Source: Mobula hypostoma (Eukaryota). From it: DNA of 64,000 nucleotides. A model generated the notes under the pieces. That model ran no database searches. It was not told the DNA's origin and worked only from the letters and a program-made list of their open reading frames with translations. Positions 12,770 to 23,600 of the stretch are shown here, piece by piece; position 1 is the stretch's first letter, and every line of letters starts with the position of its first letter. Both the position numbers and the translations under genes were made by a program. The stretch covers positions 93,436,001 through 93,500,000 of the forward strand of contig NC_086108.1 in NCBI RefSeq assembly GCF_963921235.1. Reading direction: 5' to 3'.

Positions 12770-13095
12770 AACAACATGTGTTCATAGTGTCCGACATCTT
12801 CAAAGAGTAGTGCCTCAAAAAGGCAGTGTCCATCATTAAGGACCTTCACCACCCAGGACATGCTCTCTTCACATTGATACCATCAGGAAGGAGGTACAGA
12901 AGCCTGAAGGCACACACTCAAAAGATTCAGGAACAGCTTCTTCCTCTCCATCATCCAATTTCTGAATGAACATTGTACCCATGAACACTGCCTCACTACC
13001 TTTTTCAAATTTGTTTTTGCACTATTTACTTAATTTAACTATTTAATATACATATATGCGCAACAAACGCAGGTGATATTAAATTTGATTCTGAT
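12770..13095 (+). mobile_element. Rex/Babar-like LINE 3' fragment
   Basis: ccatcattaaggacc...ccatcaggaaggaggtacagaagcctgaag...gaacagcttctt, shared with many copies here. Confidence 0.75.
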
Positions 13096-13250
13096 GTCTC
13101 CACAACCTCCCCACTATCTGTTCCGACACCCTGGTTCACATCCCCTTGTCCCTCGAGCTTAAACCTCGCCCTCATGGTCAACCAATCTGACATAACCTTC
13201 AGTGAATTCCCAACCATTGGCACCCTCAGGTAGGGAGGGGAGGGGAGGGA

Positions 13251-13472
13251 ACGTCGATTCAGACCATGAGAGGCCTGCCTCGGGCATTTTCATGCCTTAC
13301 AAGGTGCAGATTGGAAGTCTGTGTGGGGCGCCACTCCTTGCACAGACACTAGAGCAATGTGTGATTAAGTGCCTTGCTCAAGGACACAAACACGCTGTCA
13401 CAGCTGAGGCTCGAACTAGCGACCTTCAGATCACTAGACGAATGCCTTAACAACTTGGCCACGTGCCCAACA
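13251..13472 (-). mobile_element. tRNA-derived SINE with the same head as 2547-2850 but a different tail
   Basis: Shared head and core gtgccttgctcaaggacaca...gctcgaact...gaccttcag...gaatgccttaac...ttggccac. Imperfect flanking repeat cctcaggta. Confidence 0.8.
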
Positions 13473-13699
13473 CAAATCCTCAGGTAAGAGGGGTCACAAT
13501 GGGCAGAATATCAACTGGACCAGCTACAGTAAATTAATAATATGGCTGCATAACATCAGAGGCAGATTTAAAAAAAGACAAAGTACTGGAAATATTCAGC
13601 GGGTGAAGAAGCATCTATGGAGGAAGAAACTGAATTAATATTTCAGGTCTCACCTCCTGACACACAAGTCAGAATTGTGATGAAATGTTTTGAATTTGC

Positions 13700-14342
13700 C
13701 TGTTGTTGGTAAGATCTCAGATGGTGATCAGAGGGTGTACAGCAGAGAGACTGGCTGGTTGATTAGTGTTGCAACAGCAACCTGATACTTACATTGGCAA
13801 GACTAAGTGATTGACTGTGGACTTCAGGTAGAGGAAATCGGGAGAACACACACCATTCTCACTGAAAGATCAGCAGTGGAAAGGGTGTGCTTCGCGATCC
13901 TGGCTGTCAACATCTCATAGAGAATCTATTCTGGGCTTGGTATAGAGGCTCCAACGCACAGGATCAAAATAGACTGTAGAGGGCTGTAGACTCAGTCAGC
14001 ACCTTCTCAAGTGCAACCCCCTCTACCATCGAGGATATTTTCAAAAAGGAGGTGCCTCAGAAAGGCAGCATCCATCATTAATGACCCAAACCATCCGGGA
14101 CATGCCATTTTCTTATTATTACTATCGAGGGGGAGTCTGAAGACTCACTCTCAACTACTCAGAAACAGCTTCTTCACCTCCACCATCAGATTTCTGAACT
14201 TTCCATGAACACAGCATCATTATTCCTTTCTTTGTGTGTTGATTTATTTTGTAATTCGTAGTAATTTTATCTCTGTGCTGAACTGCTGCTGCAAAACAGC
14301 GAAGTTCATCCCATACAAGAGGGTGATAATAAACCTGATTCT
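13700..14342 (+). mobile_element. Rex/Babar-like LINE 3' fragment
   Basis: RCLRKAASIINDPNHPGHAIF...LRNSFF; ends aataaacctgattct. Confidence 0.75.
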
Positions 14343-14407
14343 GGAGAAGTGAATCTCACACCACCGGGAACAAAATAACCCATACATCATCCTCCCCCTT
14401 CATCCTT

Positions 14408-15325
14408 AGAAACATAGAAAACCTACAGCACAATACAGGCCCTTCGACCCACAAGGCTGTGCCGAACATGTCCCTACCTTAGATCTACCTAGGCTTTACC
14501 CAGAGCCCTCTATTTTTCTAAGCTCCATGTAGCCATCCAGGAGCCTTTTAAAAGACCGTCTTTTCCGCCTCCACCACCAGCAGCAGCCCATTCCACGCAC
14601 TCTGTGCAAAAAAACTTACCCCTGACATCTCCTCTGTACCTGCTTCCAAACACTTTAAAACTATGTCCTCTTGTGCTGGCCATTTCAGCCCTGAGGAAAA
14701 GCCTCTATCCACATAATCAATGCCTCTCATCATCTTGTACACCTCTATCAAGTCTTATCCTCCGTCGCTCCAAGGAGACAAGGCCGAGTTCCCCAATCCA
14801 GGCAACGTCCTTGTCAATCTCCTCTGCACCCTTTCTATGGTTTCCATATCCTTCCTGTAGTGAGCCGACCAGAATTGAGCACAGTACTCCAAGTGGGGTT
14901 TGACCAGGGTCCTATATAGCTGCAACATTACCTCTCGGCTCTTAAACTCAATCCCACACTTGATGAAGGCCAATGCACCGTATACCTTCTTAACCACAGA
15001 GTCAACCTGCATAGCAGCTTCGACGTCGACTGCGCCTCTTCCTATAGATGCTGCTTGGCCTGCTGCGTTCACCAGCAACTTTGATGTATGTTAGCAGCTT
15101 TAACTGTCCTACGGACTTGGTCTCCAAGATCCCGCTGATTCTCCACACTGCCAAGGCTCTTACCTTTAATACCATATTCTGCCATCTATCTGACCTACCA
15201 AAATGAACCACCTCACACTCATCTGGGTTCAGCTCCATCTGCCACTTCTCAGCTCAGTTTTGCATCTTGTCAATGTCCCGTTGTAAGCTCTGACAGCCCT
15301 CCACGCTAACCACAACACCCCCAAC
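14408..15325 (-). mobile_element. CR1 LINE 3' fragment, interrupted by a Penelope mini-insert
   Basis: VMLQLYRTLVKPHLEYCAQFWSAHYRKD and MIEVYKMMRG remnants. Confidence 0.85.
15021..15091 (+). mobile_element. 71-bp Penelope-like terminal fragment with 9-bp TSD
   Basis: Near-identical to 63806-63875. TSD tagcagctt at 15012-15020 and 15092-15100. Confidence 0.85.
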
Positions 15326-15879
15326 AAGATTCCATTCTCTCCACCAAGAGCCCACTGTGACTGCTCTGTGTACCATTTACCATGTCCAAACAGCACCTGT
15401 AAAACACCACAACTTGTAAGTTCCGTTCCAAGTCATGCACTATAATCACTTGGAAATGTACATTATTCCTTCTTTGTTTCTAAATCCTGAAGCTTCCTCC
15501 AACACACTGAGAAGAAAACTTCTCCAAAGGGGCTGCACCAGTTCAAGATGGCTCATCACCGCTTTCTCAGCTGACAATTAAAGAAATAAATATTAGCACT
15601 GCCAAAAATACCCATGAGCCTTAATATATGTTTTTTTTTAAATCAGCATTTGATACCAGGACGCTGTGAATGCCAGAACAGTAAATGGTTTACGCAAACA
15701 GGGCAGAATCAACTCTAGAAGATCAACGGATAACCAGATACGGAGTGCAAGCAGCAGCGGTTTTCCGGCATCTTAAAAATTGCAAACCTAAAGTTCACAG
15801 ACAAATCTGTAATTTCCGAAAGAAATGTTAAATAATATCTTAAAAACTAACAAATATATAACAATTGACTGCCGTACAC

Positions 15880-16830
15880 GGGAAAGGAAATCAAAGCAAT
15901 GCTTAAAGACGGATTGCTGATCGCCGAGTAAAGCGTTAAATAAAATCAGCAAATCCACAGGACACTTATTTGCTCACGGGGAAGACGAGGATTTCGGAGT
16001 GGGTCCCGATGCCCATTCAGTCTTGGCAACCGGTGCAATCACATTCTTCTCAGCCGGAGGCGACTAGGCCGGCTTAAACCCACGGCCTTGAGTACTGGAG
16101 AGCAACCCAGCCCCGGCCTGTTGTTACTCGACCCAGATCCACGCATCCCGTACCTGTGCAGCGTGCCGCTTCTCCGGCGCCGGGCAAGTGCAAGCAGCAG
16201 CAGCACGGCGGTGGCCCCGAGAGCCGAGTTCCTCACCGTCAGGAGTTTGCTGAGAGCCGCCATGGCCGTGACCGGAGAGCGTCGCGAGCGTTGCCGGGAC
16301 CAACGTCACTCCGGCTGTCAATCAAAGCCGGCCGCCGCGCCGTCTGTCACCGCCGAGACATTGTTCCACCGGTGTGCAAATCAACGGGCCAAAAACACTC
16401 GCGAATAACGAGTTGCCCTCTTCCCCGAGTACTGGCTGTCCATGGTGCCGGGTTCCTGAGCAACACCAGCTGCAAATCCCGATTGCGTGCGTACATTATA
16501 AAGCAGCGTTGTGCAGTCCTGAGTTACATATTAAACATACTGCATGTGTGTATTTATTTTGCATTTCTTGTTTTGGTCGGCTCTGTATATGATGTGTAGA
16601 CCTGGAGAGCGGCCGTGGGGTGTGTGTGTCGGGGGGGGAGGGCGCTCAGCACAGCTTGAGGCCTTCAAACGTCGACGGAGAGTAGGGAATTCGAACGTCG
16701 CGATAATTTGATTTATATTTACTTTTCTATTAAAATCACTTGATATAAAGTTCATGGGACGAGGAAAGGTAAGAGAATTGGGGGCGTTTTGTGGCTGCTC
16801 TGCTCTTCGTCGGGGTCAGCTCGGTTTTCC
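15880..16830. promoter_or_regulatory. CpG island / promoter of ABCD3
   Basis: Dense CpG and high GC around ABCD3 exon 1 against a CpG-depleted background. Boundaries approximate. Confidence 0.8.
16154..16263 (-). CDS. ABCD3: ABCD3 (peroxisomal ABC transporter PMP70) coding exon 1, 110 nt
   Basis: Translates MAALSKLLTVRNSALGATAVLLLLALARRRRSGTLH, matching the recalled vertebrate ABCD3 N-terminus (MAAFSKYLTARNSSLAGAAFLLLCLLHKRRR). Kozak context GCC-ATG-G, donor CAG|GTACGG, inside a CpG island. Confidence 0.95.
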
Positions 16831-17212
16831 TACACCGTTGCTTGATTCCCTCACTATCTGGAAATAACGGTTTTGAGTGAACTCAGTATCCGAGCCTCCA
16901 CGGTCCTTTGATCACTCACTGAGTGAAGAAATTTCTCCCGATTTCAGTTCCAAATGGTCTAAGCCTCAATCAGTTTCATGTCTGTTTCCCCCATTGATTC
17001 TCTTGTGTCTCGACAGGTATCTTTTGTCATCTTCCAGAAGACACACACTGAGATTTTTGGTCATTTCCTGATTCCACATTATAAATCATCGTGCCTCTTA
17101 TCTGTAAATATCCTCACTAATCTTTTTCTCTTTACATAGTTATGGACATTCTTCCAGTCCATTTTCATGCTTCTGGACAATCGATTATCATACTCTAACT
17201 TGCCATAATCAG

Positions 17213-18086
17213 TTTCAGAATCAATTAATATCACTGGCATATGTCATGAAATTTGTTATTTTGAGGATGCTGCACGGTGCAATACATAAACCTATAAATT
17301 ACAATAAGGAATATATGTATATATAAAAAATAAAGTAAATAAGTAGAGCAAAAATAGTAGGGTGGTGTTCATGGGTTGGTTCATTATGCACTCAGAAATC
17401 TGATGACAGAACAGAAGAAGCTGTTTCCCAAAGTGTGGAGTGTGTGGCTTCAAGCTCCTGTACTTCACCTCTCATTGTAGCGATGGGAAGAGGGCATGTT
17501 CAGTGTGACGGGGTCCTTAATAATTGATGCCGCCTTTTTGAGGCATCACCTTTTGAAAATATACTTGATGAATGAATGAAATGACAACAGTTGTCATGCA
17601 CCAATACAGCGAAAATGAGTTTGCAACTCTCGTACTCAATGCTATAAAACAGCAAATAAAATAAATAAACAATAAATAAAATCAAGTAACCAGCCAGTAC
17701 AAGCAACGTCCAGCAGTACAAAAGCACAACTCAGATGCCTGACAGCCATAAAACCAGTATTAAAGTAGCAATATAACAATTTATGGATGATGCTTGATCG
17801 ATTGGTTCAGAGCAATTATAGCTCTGGGGAAAAAGCTATTTTTCAGTCTGGAAGTGCGGGCGTAGGAAATCTTATAACGTCTGCCAGATGGAAGAAGTTC
17901 AAACAGATGATTGCATGGGTGTGTATGTTGGGGAAGCAATTGCCCGTGATGGATCTGGCTGAGTTTGCAACCCTCTGCAGCTTTTTCCAGTCCTGTTGCA
18001 GTGGCCCCTCCATGCCAGAAGGTGATGCAACCAGTTAGAATGCTCTCCACAGTACACCTTCAGAAATTTGCTCAAGTCTTTGATGA
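17213..18086 (-). mobile_element. Rex/Babar-like 3' fragment with a second Rex/Babar-like fragment nested at about 17571-17927
   Basis: ESILTGCITFWHG (host) is fused to HLFELLPSGRRY...RLKNSFFP (nested). The nested copy has a (TTCA)n tail. Confidence 0.7.
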
Positions 18087-18744
18087 CAGAGTTTCAGATT
18101 TCTGGATCAGTGGGATCTCTTCCGAGGGAGGTATGAACTGTACAAAAAGGAGAGACTACAGTTGAACCCGAAAGGGACCAATATCCTTGCGAGCAGGTTT
18201 ACTAGAGCTGTTCAGGAGAGTTTTAAACTAATTTGGCAGGCTGATAGGAACCAGCTGGATAGGGCTGAAGATTTGCAGCTTAACATCCAAGGATACACCT
18301 TGTAACAAAAGAACAGGCAGGTAGGCAGAAGGGGGTGGAGCGGCTCCGTTGGTAAAAAATTACATCAATCCTTTAGAAAGAGGTGACTTAAGATTCGAAG
18401 ATGTAGGATCCTACAAGGCAAAAAATACCTTGATGGGAGTTTAAATACAGGCCTTCAAATAGTAGCCAGGATGTAGGAAATAAATTACACAGGCAATCGA
18501 AGAAGCATGTAAAAAGAGCAATGTTACAAGTCATGGAATAGTTACAATGTTTCAATATGCAAGTAGCTTGGGAAAATCAGGTTGGTGCTGGATCCCAAGA
18601 GAGGTAATGTCTAAAATATCCACGAGATAGTATTTTAGAGCAGCTTGTGGTTGAGCCCACTAGGGGAATGGCAATTCTGGATTGGGAATTGTGTAATTAC
18701 CCAGCTTTGATTGAAGAGCTTAAGGTAAAGGAACCCTTAGGAGA

Positions 18745-19170
18745 CACCAACAGAATCAACAAACTCATTCGTAAGGCCAGTGATGTTGTGGGGATGGAAC
18801 TGGACTCTCTGACGGTGGTGTCTGAAAAGAGGATGCTGTCTAAGTTGCATGCCATGTTGGACAATGTCTCACATCCACTACATAATGTACTGGGTGGGCA
18901 CAGGAGTACATTCAGCCAGAGACTCATTCCACCGAGATGCAACACAGAGCGTCATAGGAAGTCATTCCTGCCTGTGGCCATCAAACTTTACAACTCCTCC
19001 CTTGGAGGGTCAGACACCCTGAGCCAATAGGCTGGTCCTGGACTTATTTCGTGGCACATTTTACATATTACTGTTTAACTATTTATGGTTTTATTACTAT
19101 TTATTATTTATAGTGCAACTGTAACGAAAACCAATTTCCCCCGGGATCAATAAAGTATGACTATGACTAT
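18745..19170 (+). mobile_element. Rex/Babar-like 3' fragment nested in CR1
   Basis: RINKLIRKAS...SHPLH...RCNTERHRKSFLPVAIKLYN. Ends aataaagtatgactatgactat; CR1 sequence resumes on both sides. Confidence 0.75.
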
Positions 19171-20065
19171 TATGGTAGACTTCACCCTGCAGTTTGTGAG
19201 GGAGAACATAAAGTCAGATGTGTCAGTCTTACAGTGGAGTAATGGGAATTACAGAGGCACAAGAGAGGAGCTGGCCAAAGTTGATTGGAAGGGAACACTA
19301 GCAGGGACGATGGCAGAACAGCAGTGGCTGGAGATTCTGGGGCAGTTCACAAGACACAGGATAGATACGTCCCAAAGATGAAGAAGTATTTTAAAGGGAG
19401 GAGGAGGAGGCAACCATAGCTGACAAGGGAAGGTAAAGAAAGCATTAAAGGAAAAGAAAGGGCATAAAATATAGCAAAAATTGGTGAAAGTTATGGATTG
19501 GGAAGCTTTTAAAAACCAACAGAACGCAACTAAAAAGCCATAAGGGGGGAAAAGATGAAATATGAAGGTAAGCTACCCAACAATATCAAAGGGGATACCA
19601 AAAGTTTTTCAGGTATATAAAGAGTAAAAGAGAAGCGAAAGTAGATATTGGACCACTGGAAAATTACACTGGTGTGATAGTAATGGGGACAAGGAACTGG
19701 ATGAACTGAGTAAGTATTTTGCACAGTGTAACACACTAACAGTATGCTAGGTGTTTGAGAGTGTCAGGGGCAGAAGTGAGTGCAGTTGCTATTACTAGGG
19801 TGAAGGTGCTTGGGAAACTGAAAGGTCTGAAGGTAGATAGTCACCTGGACCAAATGTTCTGAAAGAGGCCGCTGAAGAAACTGTGGAGGAATTAGTAATG
19901 ATTTTTCAAGAATCGCTAGATTCTGGAATAGTTCCAGGGGACTGGAAAATTGTGAATGTTATTCCACTCTTTAAGAAGGGAGGGAGGCAGAAGAATGGAA
20001 ATTATAGGTCAGTTAGCCTGACCTCAGTGTTCGGGAAGATGTTGGAAATAAGTGTTAAGGATGAG

Positions 20066-21437
20066 TGTCAAGTCAAGTCAAGTCAAGTCACTTTTTATTG
20101 TTATTTCATCCATAACTGCTGGTACAGAACATAGTAAAAATGAGACAACGTTTTCCAGGACCCTGGTGCTACATGAAACAATAAAAAAACTACACTGAAC
20201 TACATAAGAAAAAGCACAAAAACCACACTAGACTACAGACCTATCCAGGACTGCATAAAGTACACAAAACAGTGCAGGCAATATAATAAATAATAAACAA
20301 GACAATAGGCACAGTAGAGAGGGCAGTAGGTTGGTGTCAGTCCAGGCTCTGGGTATTGAGGAGTCTGATGACTTCGGGGAAGAAACTGTTACATAGTCTG
20401 GTCGTGACAGCCCGAATGCTTCGGTGCCTTTTTCCAGATGGCAGGAGGGAGAAGAGTTTATATGAGGGGTGTGTGGGGTCCTTCATAATGCTGTTTGCTT
20501 TGCGGATGCAGCGTGTGGTGTAAATGACTATGATAGCGGAAAGAGAGACCCCGATGATCTTCTCAGCTGACCTCACTATCCGCTGCAGGGTCTTGCGATC
20601 CAAGGTGGTACAATTTCCGAACCAGGCCGTGATGCAGCTGTTCAGGATGCTCTCAATACAACCTCTGTAGAATATGGTGAGGATGGGGGGTGGAAGATGG
20701 ACTTTTCTCAGCCTTCGCAGAAAGTAGAGACACTGCTGGGCCTTCTTTGCTATGGAGCTGGTGTTGAGGGACCACGTGAGATTCTCCGTCAGATGAACAC
20801 CAAGAAATTTGGTGCTCTTAACGATCTCTACGGAGGAGTCGTCGATGTTCAGCGGAGAGTGGTCGCTCCGTGTCCTCCTGAAGTCAACAACCATCTCCTT
20901 TGTTTTGTTCACATTCAGAGACAGATTGTTGGCTCTACACCAGTCCATTAGCCGCTGTACTTCCTCTCTGTATGCTGACTCATCATTCTTGCTGATGAGA
21001 CCCACCACGGTCGTGTCATTGGCGAACTTGTTGATGTGGTTCGAGCTGTGTGTTGCAGCACAGTCGTGGGTCAGCAGAGTGAACAGCAGTGGACTGAGCA
21101 CACAGCCCTGGGGGGCCCCCGTGCTCAGTGTGATGGTGTTGGAGATGCTGCTTCCAGTCCGGACTGACTGAGGATCCAGTTACAGAGGGAGGTGTTCAGG
21201 CCCAGCAGGCTCATCTTTCCAATCAGTTTCTGAGGAATGATTGTGTTGAATATTGAACTGAAGTCTATGAACAGCATTCGAACGTACGTGTCTTTTTTGT
21301 CCAGGTGGGTTAAGGCCAGGTGGAGGGTGGTGGCGATGGCGTCGTCTGTTGAACGGTAGGGACGGTACACGAACTGCAGGCGGTCCAGTGAGGGGGGCAG
21401 CAGGGACTTGATGTGCCTCATTACAAGCCTCTCCAAG
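20066..21437 (-). mobile_element. Young 5'-truncated Rex/Babar-like LINE (RT C-half) with (GACTT)n tail
   Basis: ORFs 21125-21436 and 20337-21101 ([45 protein letters not shown]). Confidence 0.92.
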
Positions 21438-22015
21438 TGTTAGAGGCACATAATAAAGTAGGCCAAAATCAGCATGGTTTCCTTAAGGAAAAACTTTGCC
21501 TGACAAACCTTTTGGAATTATTTGAGGAAATAACAAGCAGGATAGACAAAGGAGAATCAGAGAATTCTCTGCTTAATAAGATAAAAGCTCATAGTATTAC
21601 AAGAAAGATACTTGCATGGATAGAAGATTGGATGACTGGCAGGAAGGAAACAATGGGAATAAAGGGGGCCTTTTCTGGTTGGCTGCTGGTGATTAGTGGT
21701 GTGCCACAGGGCTTGTTTTTGGGATCGCTTCTTTTCATGTTATATGTCAATGATTTGGGTGAAGAATTGATGGCTTTGTGGTTAGGTCTGCGGATAATAT
21801 GAAAATAGGTGGAGGGGAAGACATGTTGAGGAAGAAGGGAGTCTGCAGAAGAACTTAGATAGATTGGAAGAATAGGCAAAGAAGTGGCAGATGGAATATA
21901 GTGTAGGAAAGTGTATGGTCATGCACTTTGGTAGAAGGAATTAAGGTGAAGACTGCTTTCCAAACGCAGTGAACATTCAAGATCTCAGTGGTGCAAATGG
22001 ACTTGAGAGTCCTTG

Positions 22016-22244
22016 CAACACACATCAAAGTTGCTGGTGAACACAGCAGGCCAGGCAGCATCTCTAGGAAGAGGTACAGTTGACGTTTCGGGCCAAGGCC
22101 CTTCGTCAGGAGTTAGTCCTGACAAGGGTCTCAGCCCGAAATGTCGACTGTACCTCTTCCTAGAAATGCTGCCTGGCCTGCTGCGTTCACCAGCTACTTT
22201 GATGTGTGTTGCTTGAAATTCCAGCATCTGCAGATTTCCTCGTG
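22016..22244. mobile_element. Palindromic mini Penelope-like insertion (two inverted terminal fragments) with 14-bp TSD
   Basis: Arms 22016-22111 (-) and 22112-22244 (+). TSD cttgagagtccttg at 22002-22015 and cttgggagtccttg at 22245-22258. Confidence 0.88.
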
Positions 22245-23278
22245 CTTGGGAGTCCTTGTGCAGGATTCCCTGAAGGTTAACTTGCAGGTTGAGTCAGTGG
22301 TGAGGAAGGCAAATGCAATTTTAGCATTCATTTCAAGAGGACTAGAATATAAGAGCAAGGATGTAATGCTGAGGATTACTAAGGAATTGTTCAGATTGCA
22401 CTTGGAGTATTTCGAACAGTTTTGGGCACCTTATCTAAGAAGAGATGTGCTGGCATACGAGACGGTCTAGAGGAGGTTCACGAGAATTATTCTGGGAATG
22501 AAAGGGTTAACATATGAGTAGTGCCTAATGGCTCTCAGCCTGTACTTGCTGGAGTTTAGAAAAATGATTGGGGATATCACTGAATCCTGAATATTGAAAG
22601 GCCTAGATAGAGTGGATGCGGAAAAGATGTATCCTATATTGGGCGAGTCTAGGACCATTGGACACAGCTTCAGAAGAGAGAGGTTCCCATTTAGAACAAA
22701 GATAAGGAGAAATTTCTTTAGCCAGAGGGTGGGGAATCTGGAGAAGTCATTAATTCATTGCCACAGTTGGCCGTGGATACTAAGTTATCAAGTATATTTA
22801 AAGCGGAGATGAACAAGTTCTTGATTAGTCAGGGTGTTAAAAGTTACAGGGAGAAGACACAAGAATGGAGTTGAGCGGGATAATAAACCAGCCATGATGG
22901 AATGGTGGAGCAGACTCGATGGGCTGAATGGCCTAATTCTGCACCTATGTCTTGTGTTCTTATGGTCATATCAAATATTCTCAAACTCCAAATGAAATGC
23001 AGCTGGTGTCATGGCTTCTTTGTAAGTGCCATAAATGCTGGACCCAGGATAGATCGTTAGAGATGTTGACACCCAGGAACTTGAAACTGCTCACCCTTCC
23101 CACTGCTGATCACCCGATGAGGACACACCAATCCTCATTTACTGTAAAATGTTCCCAATCCTTCGGCCAACTGTGATTCATAGCAACTTCATAAGCCTCT
23201 CCCTTTAATTTAATGCAATTCTCAGTCAACCACAAAGCACGCTTCCTGTCCGGGTTCTGATTCTGAAAGAAATAGATT

Positions 23279-23475
23279 TTTCTTGCTATTATACATAACC
23301 CTTTAAATACTAACCATTGTAATATACCTGTTACTTGCAACATATATTTATATACTTATGTATGCATGGTCATACTATTTCTTGCTATTATACATAACCC
23401 TTTAAATACTAACCATTGTAATATACCTGTTACTTGCAACGTATATTTATATACTTATGTATGCATGGTCATACT
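23279..23475. repeat. Tandem duplication, 2 x 99 bp
   Basis: tttcttgctattatacataaccc...gcatggtcatact repeated with period 99 and one visible substitution. Confidence 0.95.
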
Positions 23476-23600
23476 CTTTATAGTTTCTCAGCAATCACAG
23501 TCAACTCACCATTCTACCTTCATACTTTCCTTTAGATTTAGTACCTTTATTTCAGAATGAACTACATCAGTTTAAACCTCAATATAAAATTCAATCTTAT

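Larger units (their letters stand above)
18087..22968 (+). mobile_element. Long degenerate CR1 LINE (EN+RT) carrying three nested insertions
   Basis: WKIVNVIPLFKKG...NYRSVSLTSV, QHGFLK...CLTNLLELFEE, SGVPQG and RLHLEYFEQFWAPYL segments in order. Confidence 0.88.

Noticed and set aside
16088..16599. Plus-strand ORFs over the ABCD3 promoter
   Set aside because: By-product of GC-rich CpG-island sequence, with no protein similarity recognised.
18647..19030. 127-aa ORF
   Set aside because: Accidental fusion of a CR1 endonuclease remnant with a nested LINE 3' fragment.
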